DNA of 58,734 bases. Source: Gammaproteobacteria bacterium. Lineage in GTDB: Bacteria; Pseudomonadota; Gammaproteobacteria; Steroidobacterales; PWYM01. Of this stretch, positions 44,380 to 52,473 are shown one piece after another. The DNA is taken from positions 1 through 58,734 of the forward strand of contig JAFIFN010000005.1 in assembly GCA_020832005.1 (NCBI GenBank), written 5' to 3'. Numbering within the stretch: the stretch's first letter is position 1; every line of letters starts with the position of its first letter. A program made the position numbers and the translations under genes. The notes beneath the pieces were generated by a model. It made no database searches. It saw only the letters and a program-made list of their open reading frames with translations, and had not been told where the DNA came from.

Positions 44380-45873
44380 ATGGCCAGCCCCGCATCCATC
44401 CAGCACTGGGACGTCGATACCGAACTGCTGATCGCCGGTTACGGTCTGGCCGGCGCCTGTGCTGCCATCGAGGCGCATGATCTTGCGCCCGATGCGCGCG
44501 TGCTCATCGTCGAAAAGGCACCAGAGGCGCATGCCGGAGGCAATTCCCGGGTGGCGGGTCAATCCCTGCTGATCTCCCATAACGCCGAGGCGCTCAAGCA
44601 CTACCAGCGTGCGATGAGCCGCAGCAATCCACTGCCTGAGGATCTGCTCGACTGGTGGAGCACGGAGATGGTCGCCCTCGAGCCGTGGATCCGTGCGCGC
44701 GCCGCGGAGGCCGGCGCGCAGTTCATCCAGGGGACCGGATTCAGTGAGCGCGACGCGGTCCTGGAGTTCCCGGAATTCGGGGCGCGCGACGCTGTTGCCT
44801 TTACCGCAACGATTCTGCCGATTCCCAGTGGTGTGTGGCTGGCCTTCGATGCCAACGTCGCCCGACGGCCGCGTATTCAGCGCTGGTTCGAAAGCCCCAT
44901 CGTGGATCTGGTGCAGGATCCCGATACCCTGGCAGTGCTTGGTGCCATCGTATTGCGCGAGGGGCGGCGCTGTGCGGTGAGGGCCCATCGCGGCGTGGTA
45001 CTTGCGACCGGCGGCTTCGAAGCCAACCTGGACATGCAGCGCAATTACTGCGGCTATGCCGAGGCGTGGCCGCTGGGTACACCGCACAACACCGGCGATG
45101 GCATTGGCCTGGCGCAAAGGGCCGGCGCATCCCTGTGGCATATGCGCAATGCCGGCCAGTCCGGTGGCATCTGGCCAGGCATCAAGGTCCCGGAATTCGA
45201 CACGGCATTCCTGCGCACGTTCTTCTGGCAGAGTTTCAGCTGGCTGGAAATCGCCGCCGACAACCAGCGCTTCTACAACGAGACCGCAGAGCTCCAGCTG
45301 ACGCATTACAAGGAGAAACTCTACGGTCACTGGGTCGATACTCCGCATCATCGGGCAGGCCCGGTGCATATGCTTTTTGATGAACTTACACGCCGCCACA
45401 ACCGGCTCATCACCACAGTCATGAGCTGGAACCCGGTGGTACTGAATTATGAGTGGAGCGAGGACAACCAGGTGGAGATCGAGCGCGGCTGGATTCTTCG
45501 CGCAGACAGCATCGAGGCCCTGGCGGAACTGATGGAGCGTGACCCGGTCGCAGTCGCACACAGCGTCAGCGAATACAACCAGGCCTGTGCGAGCGGCGAA
45601 GACCGGCGCTTCGGCCGCAGGCCTGACACACTGATGCCGCTGGCCGAACCGCCTTACTATGCAGTGCGCATGGCTCCGGCGATCGTATGCACCAGTGGCG
45701 GAGCGCGCCGCAATCAGTATTCGCAGGTCCTCGACCAGGCGCTGCGTCCGATTCCCGGGCTATACGAGGCTGGCGAACTCGGATCGATGATCTCGGATCT
45801 CTACCAGAACGGCTCTTACCTCACCGAGGCGATGATCTCGGGTCGCGCAGCAGCACGTCATGCACTGCGCTGA
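44380..45873 (+). CDS. FAD-binding dehydrogenase (FAD_binding_2; fumarate-reductase/KstD/TcuA-like flavoprotein)
   Basis: DTELLIAGYGLAGACAAIEA (GxGxxG) ...VEKAPEAHAGGNSRVAGQ... and C-terminal YEAGELGS. Start moved to M64 (ATG 44380, GGAG upstream). Confidence 0.8.
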   Translation: MASPASIQHWDVDTELLIAGYGLAGACAAIEAHDLAPDARVLIVEKAPEAHAGGNSRVAGQSLLISHNAEALKHYQRAMSRSNPLPEDLLDWWSTEMVALEPWIRARAAEAGAQFIQGTGFSERDAVLEFPEFGARDAVAFTATILPIPSGVWLAFDANVARRPRIQRWFESPIVDLVQDPDTLAVLGAIVLREGRRCAVRAHRGVVLATGGFEANLDMQRNYCGYAEAWPLGTPHNTGDGIGLAQRAGASLWHMRNAGQSGGIWPGIKVPEFDTAFLRTFFWQSFSWLEIAADNQRFYNETAELQLTHYKEKLYGHWVDTPHHRAGPVHMLFDELTRRHNRLITTVMSWNPVVLNYEWSEDNQVEIERGWILRADSIEALAELMERDPVAVAHSVSEYNQACASGEDRRFGRRPDTLMPLAEPPYYAVRMAPAIVCTSGGARRNQYSQVLDQALRPIPGLYEAGELGSMISDLYQNGSYLTEAMISGRAAARHALR

Positions 45874-45903
45874 TCTGCAACGAATCCCCACGAGTGCCTC
45901 GCA

Positions 45904-46119
45904 ATGAAAGTCACGACTCCGGCAATGAAACTCGACGTGCGTATCGACCGAGTCGTTACGCGGGATAATCTCATCGTGCTCGAGGGCGTGGCTGGCATGC
46001 TGCCATGCGAGACTTCGCTCACCCCGGGCGAGGTTCGCGGCTTGCTCGTCAAGGTGTTGCGCCCGGCGGTACTCTGGCTGGCACTGACCGGACGCAAAGG
46101 CCCTTCCGGGATGGTTTGA
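45904..46119 (+). CDS. small hypothetical protein (71 aa)
   Basis: ORF in the 290-nt gap between the flavoprotein and dctP, on the same strand, with G/C-biased third positions by eye. It has no clear RBS and I recognised no family. Confidence 0.3.
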   Translation: MKVTTPAMKLDVRIDRVVTRDNLIVLEGVAGMLPCETSLTPGEVRGLLVKVLRPAVLWLALTGRKGPSGMV

Positions 46120-46187
46120 CCCCATGGCTGCGATGCGTGTAGTTTGCGCCCGGATGTACGGTGGGCGCTGGGCGCCCGGAGGCCATC

Positions 46188-47231
46188 ATGCGCATTTCCA
46201 GGATCCTGCCATGGCTGCTGATTGCCTGTCTTGGCGCATGTGGCGGACCTGCCGGGGAGTCTGAGCCAGCGGGCGTTGCCGTCGGCGGCACGGAGGTCGC
46301 CGGCTCGCCGGGGTCGGAGAGCTGGCAGGCGTTCGAAACATACATCGCCGAGTCAGAGCAGGATATTGCGCTGCGTATGCTGATTCGCGGCCAGCTGGGT
46401 TCGGAGGAACAGCTGCTCTCCGGCTTGCGCAGGGGCCGAATACAGATTGCCAGCATGTCGGCATTGGCGGTCTCCACGTTGGTGCCTGAGATCACCATGC
46501 TGTATGCACCGTTCCTGTTCGCCGACGAGGCGGAAGCCGACTTTGTGTTCGACAATTACCTGGCCGAACCGCTTGCACAGCTGCTGGCAGAGCAGGGGCT
46601 GCACCTCGTCGAATGGCATGAGATCGGGTTTCATCATGTCTACGCGCGCGAGCCCCGACTGCTGCCTGAGGACTACCGGAATGTACGCTTTCGGGTCTCG
46701 GCCAGCATAGCGGCGCAACAGCTCGCCCAGGCGTTGGGCGCAGATCTCATCTCGATGGGTTTTGCCGACGTCGTGCCCTCGCTGCAGACCGGCCTCATTG
46801 ATGCGGGCGAGAACGCGATCCCGTACTATGCGCGCACGGGTATCTCCGAGCAGGCGCCGCACTTGATGCTCACTTCCCATGCGCTGGGGATGAACGTGAT
46901 CCTGGCCAATGCCAGCTGGTGGGCCTCGCTGCCTGATGACAGGCGCGCGCTTTTTTCCGCTGCATTTCCGTCCCGCCAGGAGATTCGGGCAAGGGTGCGT
47001 ACCGCAAACGCTGAAGAGCTGGCGCAGGCGCAGTCGATCGGGTTTACCGCGCACACCTTGGATCCCGGCGTCCTGGGGCGCTGGCGGGTGGCCACCGAGG
47101 GCGCGCACGAAAACCTGATCCGGGCATCGGGAGGCAGCAGTCGCGAGATCTACCAACGCGCACTGGACGGTCGCGCGCAGTGGCGCACAAGCGCAGGCCC
47201 GGACGTGAAGACAGGTCAGGACAAGCAGTAA
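46188..47231 (+). CDS. dctP: TRAP transporter substrate-binding protein (DctP family), lipoprotein-type signal
   Basis: MRISRILPWLLIACLGACGG (lipobox LGAC), then DctP-like blocks (GSEEQLLSGLRRGRIQIASMS..., LRVSASIAAQQLAQALGA...). Start moved to M10 (GGAGG upstream). Confidence 0.75.
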   Translation: MRISRILPWLLIACLGACGGPAGESEPAGVAVGGTEVAGSPGSESWQAFETYIAESEQDIALRMLIRGQLGSEEQLLSGLRRGRIQIASMSALAVSTLVPEITMLYAPFLFADEAEADFVFDNYLAEPLAQLLAEQGLHLVEWHEIGFHHVYAREPRLLPEDYRNVRFRVSASIAAQQLAQALGADLISMGFADVVPSLQTGLIDAGENAIPYYARTGISEQAPHLMLTSHALGMNVILANASWWASLPDDRRALFSAAFPSRQEIRARVRTANAEELAQAQSIGFTAHTLDPGVLGRWRVATEGAHENLIRASGGSSREIYQRALDGRAQWRTSAGPDVKTGQDKQ

Positions 47232-47246
47232 CGCCAAGGAGCAGGC

Positions 47247-49256
47247 ATGAGCGCCACGCGGGTTGATACACAGACACAGCAGAAATATCCAAGGTTGTTT
47301 TCCGGCCTGAGTCTCTCGGGCACACCGTTGCGTAACCGAGTGTGTCATGCGTCGATGACGACCAAGTTCGGCGCCGATTTCGATGTCACGGAGCGTCTGC
47401 TCAACTACCACGTCAACCGAGCCCGTGGTGGGGCGGCGCTGATCGTCACCGAACCCCTGACCGCCCTGCCGTGGCAGAACCGGCCTTACAAGGTACGAAT
47501 CAATTCAGATGATGCCCTGCCGGGCTTGTCGCGGTGGGCCGAGGCGGTCGAACAGGAGGACTGCCGCCTGCTCGGCCAGCTGCAGGACTCCGGACGCGGG
47601 CGGCACGAACGCGGGCGCAACCCCTACGCCTACGGCGCATCCGCATTGGCCGATGATCTGAGCTGGACCGTTCCGCATGTGCTCGAAACTGATGAAATCG
47701 AGGCCATGATCGAGGACTTCGTGCATGGCGCCGAGCGCCTGCACCGCGCCGGTTTCAGTGGCGTGGAAATCTCTGCCGGCCATGGCCACCTGTTCCACCA
47801 GTTCCTCTCGCCGTGGTCGAATCATCGCGACGATCGCTATGGTGGTGATCTTGCCGGACGCACGCGCCTGCTGGTCGAACTGGTTCAGGGCATCCGCCAG
47901 CGCTGTGGCAGCCGATTCATCATCGGCCTGAAGCTGCCGGGAGACGACAGCCTGCCTGGCAGTATCGATCCCGAAGAAGCAGGGCGCATCACCGCGACGC
48001 TGGCCGATCCAGAGCGTGTGAGCTACTTCTGCTTTGCCCAGGGCGGCCATTCGCGGATGCTCTACAAGCATATTCCCGATCTGTTCGGACCCCGTGCGCC
48101 CTATACCGAGCTGACCCGGCAGCTGCGCGAACATGCCAACGGCATTCCGGTCATGGCGCTGGGCGTTATCACCGACCCTGCCGAGGCCGAGGGCATCCTG
48201 GAGTCATCGGCGGCGGAGCTCATCGGCCTGGGACGCCCCCTGGTCACCGATGCAGCCTGGGCACTGAAATCCCAGCAGGGCAGGGAAGCCGACATCCGTT
48301 ATTGCGTAGGTTGCAACACCTGCTGGTCGGTCATCATTGAAGACGGCTCGGCGATTGCCTGCGACAACAACCCGAGGGTCGGCGAACCCGACGAGGCTGA
48401 CTGGTGGCCGCAACGCGCTGAGCGTAAGCGCCGGGTTGTCGTGGTTGGCAGCGGTGTGGCCGGCATGGAGGCCGGGTGGCTCGCCGCTGCGCGCGGCCAT
48501 GACGTCACGGTGTTCGGCGCAGGCGCCGAACCAGGCGGCAAGACGCGACTGCATGCCGAACTGCCGGGCGGCGAGAATCTATCGTCCATCTACGACTACC
48601 AGACGCTTGCCGGCAAGCGCGGTGGACTGAAGCTTGAGATGGGCCTCAAGGCCGGGCTTGAAGATATCCTCGCGCTTTCTCCCGATGCCGTGATCCTGGC
48701 GACCGGCGCGACGATGATCTGGCCTCACCAGCTCGATCCCTCGCTGCGCGAAGATGACATGATTCCTGATCTGCGCGCGGTGATGCCCGGGTTGCTCGAC
48801 TACTCCGGGCGCGAGTCCGGCACCGCCGTGATCTACGACCATGATCACACGGCGGGCACCTACGCCTCGGCACTTCACCTGAAGCGCATCTTCGAGCGCG
48901 TCGTCATCGTCACGCCGCGTGAGCGTATCGCACAGGACGAACCACTCGTAACGCGGCAGAATCTCTATGAACGCATTTATCGTGCGGGTATTGAACTGAT
49001 CCTGTGCAGTGATCTGGCACCCGGCACCGATTTCGCCGACGGTGATCTCAAGGTTCTGAACGTCTACACGGGCGCTGCAACGCGGATCGAGGATGTTGCC
49101 CTTTTCACCTACTCGACCCCGAGACAGCCCGACGCCTCACTGGAGTCACCATTAAAACGTGCCGGCCTGGAAGTGCACCTGATCGGCGACTGCTATTCAC
49201 CACGCACGGTACTGGCGGCGACGCGAGAAGGCTATCGGGTTGGCATGGCGGTGTGA
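47247..49256 (+). CDS. Old-Yellow-Enzyme-type FMN oxidoreductase fused to FAD/NAD(P)-binding domain (2,4-dienoyl-CoA reductase-like)
   Basis: The N-terminal OYE TIM barrel is visible (GFSGVEISAGHGHLFHQFLSPWSNHRDDRYGG). A Cys cluster is present (CVGCNTCW...C), and the C-terminus has VVVVGSGVAGMEAG (GxGxxG). Confidence 0.85.
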   Translation: MSATRVDTQTQQKYPRLFSGLSLSGTPLRNRVCHASMTTKFGADFDVTERLLNYHVNRARGGAALIVTEPLTALPWQNRPYKVRINSDDALPGLSRWAEAVEQEDCRLLGQLQDSGRGRHERGRNPYAYGASALADDLSWTVPHVLETDEIEAMIEDFVHGAERLHRAGFSGVEISAGHGHLFHQFLSPWSNHRDDRYGGDLAGRTRLLVELVQGIRQRCGSRFIIGLKLPGDDSLPGSIDPEEAGRITATLADPERVSYFCFAQGGHSRMLYKHIPDLFGPRAPYTELTRQLREHANGIPVMALGVITDPAEAEGILESSAAELIGLGRPLVTDAAWALKSQQGREADIRYCVGCNTCWSVIIEDGSAIACDNNPRVGEPDEADWWPQRAERKRRVVVVGSGVAGMEAGWLAAARGHDVTVFGAGAEPGGKTRLHAELPGGENLSSIYDYQTLAGKRGGLKLEMGLKAGLEDILALSPDAVILATGATMIWPHQLDPSLREDDMIPDLRAVMPGLLDYSGRESGTAVIYDHDHTAGTYASALHLKRIFERVVIVTPRERIAQDEPLVTRQNLYERIYRAGIELILCSDLAPGTDFADGDLKVLNVYTGAATRIEDVALFTYSTPRQPDASLESPLKRAGLEVHLIGDCYSPRTVLAATREGYRVGMAV

Positions 49257-49294
49257 GCCTGTTGCCTGAGCGCAGCGCAGTTGGCGCGATATGC

Positions 49295-49966
49295 TCAGGC
49301 AAACGGCTTGATGGTGCCCAGAAACGACATCACCAGCAACAGGCCCCACAGGCACAACGCCGCGACAGCGGCACGTTGACGGGTGGCCAGTATGACCTGC
49401 TCGGCCGCCGCGACATTGCGCTCGGCACGCAACTGCGCCAACGCCGGTCCCCAGGCGGCGGCGATGACGCGCAAGGTCAGCCCCAGCGCAATAATGCCCG
49501 CGAAAAGCAGGATCTTCAGCGCCAGCCATGGCTGGGCGACCGGCGCGCCGGTCAGCAGCGAGCTGCCGCCGAGTCCGAGCATGCCAGCCAGCACGATGTA
49601 GCGCACCCACAGATCGGTACGCCGCAGCAGCTCACCGCGCGGCGAGCCGTGCTGCATATGCACCGAGAGCATCAGTGCCAGCCACAACAAGGCCAGCAAC
49701 CAGATCACTGACAGGCTCACTACACCAAGGGGCAGGTCCCAGGCCAGCGCGGCCATGTGGAATCCCACTGGCAGGATCAGGATGAGTGCTGCACGCGGCG
49801 CCAGGTCGACGACCATGACGATCTCGCGAATGCGCATGCGATCGGCATAGCTCAGTCCCGGGCGGGCCATGACCTTGGCGCCGTAGTAGACGCCGAAGTC
49901 CGCTCCCAGCCAATAGGCGAAAAGCACGATGTGCAGCCAGTTGAGCAGCGCATAGGTGGTGAACAT
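49295..49966 (-). CDS. uncharacterised six-TM membrane protein, paralog 3 of 3
   Basis: MFTTYALLNWLHIVLFAYWLGADFGVY...DLAPRAALILILPVGF...PWLALKILLFA...FLGTIKPFA. Last gene of the minus-strand operon that starts at 52244. Confidence 0.75.
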   Translation of the reverse strand: MFTTYALLNWLHIVLFAYWLGADFGVYYGAKVMARPGLSYADRMRIREIVMVVDLAPRAALILILPVGFHMAALAWDLPLGVVSLSVIWLLALLWLALMLSVHMQHGSPRGELLRRTDLWVRYIVLAGMLGLGGSSLLTGAPVAQPWLALKILLFAGIIALGLTLRVIAAAWGPALAQLRAERNVAAAEQVILATRQRAAVAALCLWGLLLVMSFLGTIKPFA

Positions 49967-49994
49967 CTAATTTCCCCCGCAGCTGCGGGGGCTG

Positions 49995-51191
49995 CTACTT
50001 CCAGGCACCAAATACGAACCAGCTGGCGCCATTACCATGGGCAGGGGCGTCACGTTCACCACGTGCGATTTCGGCAAACTCTTCAGGATCTGCGGCCGTG
50101 TAATTGCCGATTCGTCGTTGTACGAAATTGCGCTCTTCGAATCCGGCCTCGCTGCACAGCGCCGCAAAATCCTGCCGCCGGAACTCGGCATAGTGGGGTT
50201 CGTTGTTGTGGTAGGCATCCCAGTCCAGGTAGAAGTTGTAATAGGGGTCCGCCTCGCTGGCGGGCGGCAGCTCCATGTGCAGCATCAGACCACCGGGGCG
50301 CAGCAGTCGCCAGGCTTCACGGAACACCTTGCGGGTACTCGCGGTGGAGATTTCGTGCAGGAAAAAGCTCGAGACGATCAGGTCGAAATGCCCGTCGGGA
50401 AAATCGGTCTGCTCGGCATTCTGCTGCGAATAGTGCACCGTGGCCCCGCAGGCCTGCGCCCGGGCATGGGCGAAACGCAATTGTGGTGCGCTCAGGTCGA
50501 TGCCGTGGACTTCGGCATCCGGGAACACCTCGACATAGGGCAAAGTGTTGTTGCCGACGGTACAACCAAGATCGAGAATGCGTTGCGGGACGAACTGCGG
50601 ATGGGCGATGCGCAGATAGTGGGCCATTGAAAGGCCAACGGCGCCGCGCCGGCGCAGCATCATACCGCCGCCGAATACAGCGGTGCCGAGTTCGTAGACG
50701 GCGCCCTGGGCGACGTCCTGGTCGCCGAACTCGCTGTGGAAATTGCCCGGCATCAGGTGAATGTCCAACGCGGTGTAGTAGGACGGCAGCTTGGTATCGG
50801 GCTTGAGTCTCAGCAGCGATGGCGCGGCCTGCTGCGCGCGCTCGGCTTCCTTGCGTAACGCCGGCAGGTGACGCTCTATCTGCGGCTGGACTGACGCCCA
50901 GGTCATTTCCTGGGCGTTATAGCGCAGCGCGCTCCACGCCTGGTAGATGGGATGCGGACGCATCAAGCGTCTGACTTCGACACCGTCGGCGGGCGGGCGG
51001 GCGTGCGTGCGCTCGAATTGCGGACGCAGTTCGCGCTCATAGCTGGCACGCATGGCCGCCGACATTTTCACCATGACATGGCGGCGAAGTGCCGAGACGA
51101 AGCCCTGACGCGCGCGTTCATCATGCGTGCCGGGCGCGATCTGTGCTGCAAGCAGGCGATCGGTCTGCGGCTGTGGCGCCAGGGCGTTCAT
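49995..51191 (-). CDS. class I SAM-dependent methyltransferase with about 190-aa N-terminal extension
   Basis: RILDLGCTVGNNT (motif I), VHGIDLS, FDLIVSSFFLHE and LLRPGGLML. The N-terminal half has no motif I recognise. Confidence 0.8.
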   Translation of the reverse strand: MNALAPQPQTDRLLAAQIAPGTHDERARQGFVSALRRHVMVKMSAAMRASYERELRPQFERTHARPPADGVEVRRLMRPHPIYQAWSALRYNAQEMTWASVQPQIERHLPALRKEAERAQQAAPSLLRLKPDTKLPSYYTALDIHLMPGNFHSEFGDQDVAQGAVYELGTAVFGGGMMLRRRGAVGLSMAHYLRIAHPQFVPQRILDLGCTVGNNTLPYVEVFPDAEVHGIDLSAPQLRFAHARAQACGATVHYSQQNAEQTDFPDGHFDLIVSSFFLHEISTASTRKVFREAWRLLRPGGLMLHMELPPASEADPYYNFYLDWDAYHNNEPHYAEFRRQDFAALCSEAGFEERNFVQRRIGNYTAADPEEFAEIARGERDAPAHGNGASWFVFGAWK

Positions 51192-51610
51192 TACAACACC
51201 CCCGGAATGCCTTCAACGAGGACGGCGTCAACATCGCCGCCGTCCTCGCGCAGGCGCTTGGCCTGGGCGTATGCCTCCGAGGCCCAGAACTCACGGGCCT
51301 TGGCGACGCTGGGAAAGCGCAGGATGACCAGTCGGCGGCCATCATCCGTGCCTTCCACCAGTTCCGGGGCGGCCGAGACGACCAGGAACCGGCCGCCGAA
51401 CTCGCCGACCAGCGCACCGACGGCGCGACCGTACGCGGCCAGCGCCTCAGGGTCGTGGAACTGCGCACGAAACACCAGGTAGCCGTGCGCACCGGGTGTG
51501 GCGTGCTCGTCGGCAAGTGCAACAGGTGGCGTCACTGACACCGCCAGCGCCCATGCCAGCGCCAGCGTGACTGCGGTAATCTGGATGTCCCTGATCCGAA
51601 GCATTTTCAT
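51191..51610 (-). CDS. DUF1330-like protein with predicted Sec signal peptide
   Basis: MKMLRIRDIQITAVTLALAWALAVSVTPPVALA then GYLVFRAQFHDPEALAAY...GGRFLV...LVILRFPSVAKAREFWASEAY, the DUF1330 (dimeric alpha-beta barrel) pattern. The stop overlaps the methyltransferase start. Confidence 0.65.
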   Translation of the reverse strand: MKMLRIRDIQITAVTLALAWALAVSVTPPVALADEHATPGAHGYLVFRAQFHDPEALAAYGRAVGALVGEFGGRFLVVSAAPELVEGTDDGRRLVILRFPSVAKAREFWASEAYAQAKRLREDGGDVDAVLVEGIPGVL

Positions 51611-51717
51611 ATTTTATCCGCCCCGGCAGCTCACGGCCAGCACCGGGAAAACGATCGAAAATACCTACGACCTGGGCCTGAGCACCGACGCACTGAGCGC
51701 GCTGAGTCGCACACCAC

Positions 51718-51750
51718 GCCTTGGCCACATGCGCCTTGGCCACATGCGCC
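51718..51750. repeat. 15-bp tandem duplication GCCTTGGCCACATGC x2 (+GCC)
   Basis: Units lie at 51718-51732 and 51733-47 and are identical, followed by a partial third copy. Located in the 157-nt gap between the lipocalin-like gene and the DUF1330 gene. Confidence 0.9.
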
Positions 51751-51767
51751 CGAGGGATGGGTGCGTT

Positions 51768-52244
51768 TCAGTATCCCTGCCAGCTGTCGGAGACCTTCTC
51801 TTCGTCGATGAGCGTGCGCATGTGAATACGCCCGCTCTTGATCCACTGCCAGATGCGCGAGCGATAACGTCCGCAGTCGCTCATCTGGATCATCTCGTAG
51901 AGATACAGATCAGCTTCACCTTTTCGCGTCCAGTTGAGCATCAGCGTGCGATTGAAGTCATCCAACGGGACTTCGGCCGCCCAGCCATAGATCAGTTCGT
52001 TGTCGAACCACATTCTGCCGTCGCGGTAGGTGGCCGGAAAATCGCGGGCCTCGGTACGCCCGTCTGTCCAGGTGTAGTGATTGGTCTGGTGGTAGGGGTA
52101 GGGACCGTCCTCGGGGAACCGGCAGATCAGCCGCGAGCGGTGCTCGTCGATCTTGTTGCCCTCGGCATCGGTATGCCGGTAGAAGCCATCCCATACACCC
52201 TCGTTTCTGGCCAGTAACGGCATGGCCACCTTCATCTCTGACAT
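51768..52244 (-). CDS. small soluble protein, possibly lipocalin-like beta-barrel (DUF3598-like), tentative
   Basis: MSEMKVAMPLLARNEGVWDGFYRHTDAEGNKIDEH.... Start moved to M71 of the track ORF (AGGAGG 6 nt upstream). The family name is recalled from the NEGVW(D/E)G-type N-terminus only. Confidence 0.55.
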   Translation of the reverse strand: MSEMKVAMPLLARNEGVWDGFYRHTDAEGNKIDEHRSRLICRFPEDGPYPYHQTNHYTWTDGRTEARDFPATYRDGRMWFDNELIYGWAAEVPLDDFNRTLMLNWTRKGEADLYLYEMIQMSDCGRYRSRIWQWIKSGRIHMRTLIDEEKVSDSWQGY

Positions 52245-52325
52245 TTTCGTCCTCCTGACTGTCTGAGCACAAAACCCGGGGCCAGCAAAATCCGTTTGCA
52301 GGCCGAGGCACCTGATCCGCAGGGA

Positions 52326-52335
52326 TTGTATACAA
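52326..52335. promoter_or_regulatory. TTGTATACAA, candidate GntR/FadR-type operator
   Basis: Exact palindrome, 82-91 nt upstream of the 52244 start (minus) and 139-148 nt upstream of the aminotransferase start (plus). Confidence 0.5.
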
Positions 52336-52473
52336 GCGTTATGGGCCACGCGACACGCGGTGGCTTTTTTTTGCAGCGGCGCTTGCGTAGAGTTCTGCGC
52401 TTCGCGCCGGAGAACTGCTCCGGCCGCTGGTCGGTCGCTGCGTTTTTCCGGCACACACAGGATGTGATCATCG

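Noticed and set aside
44356-47411. Minus-strand ORFs 44356..45561 and 46353..47411
   Set aside because: Antisense to the FAD-binding dehydrogenase and to dctP. No recognisable domains.
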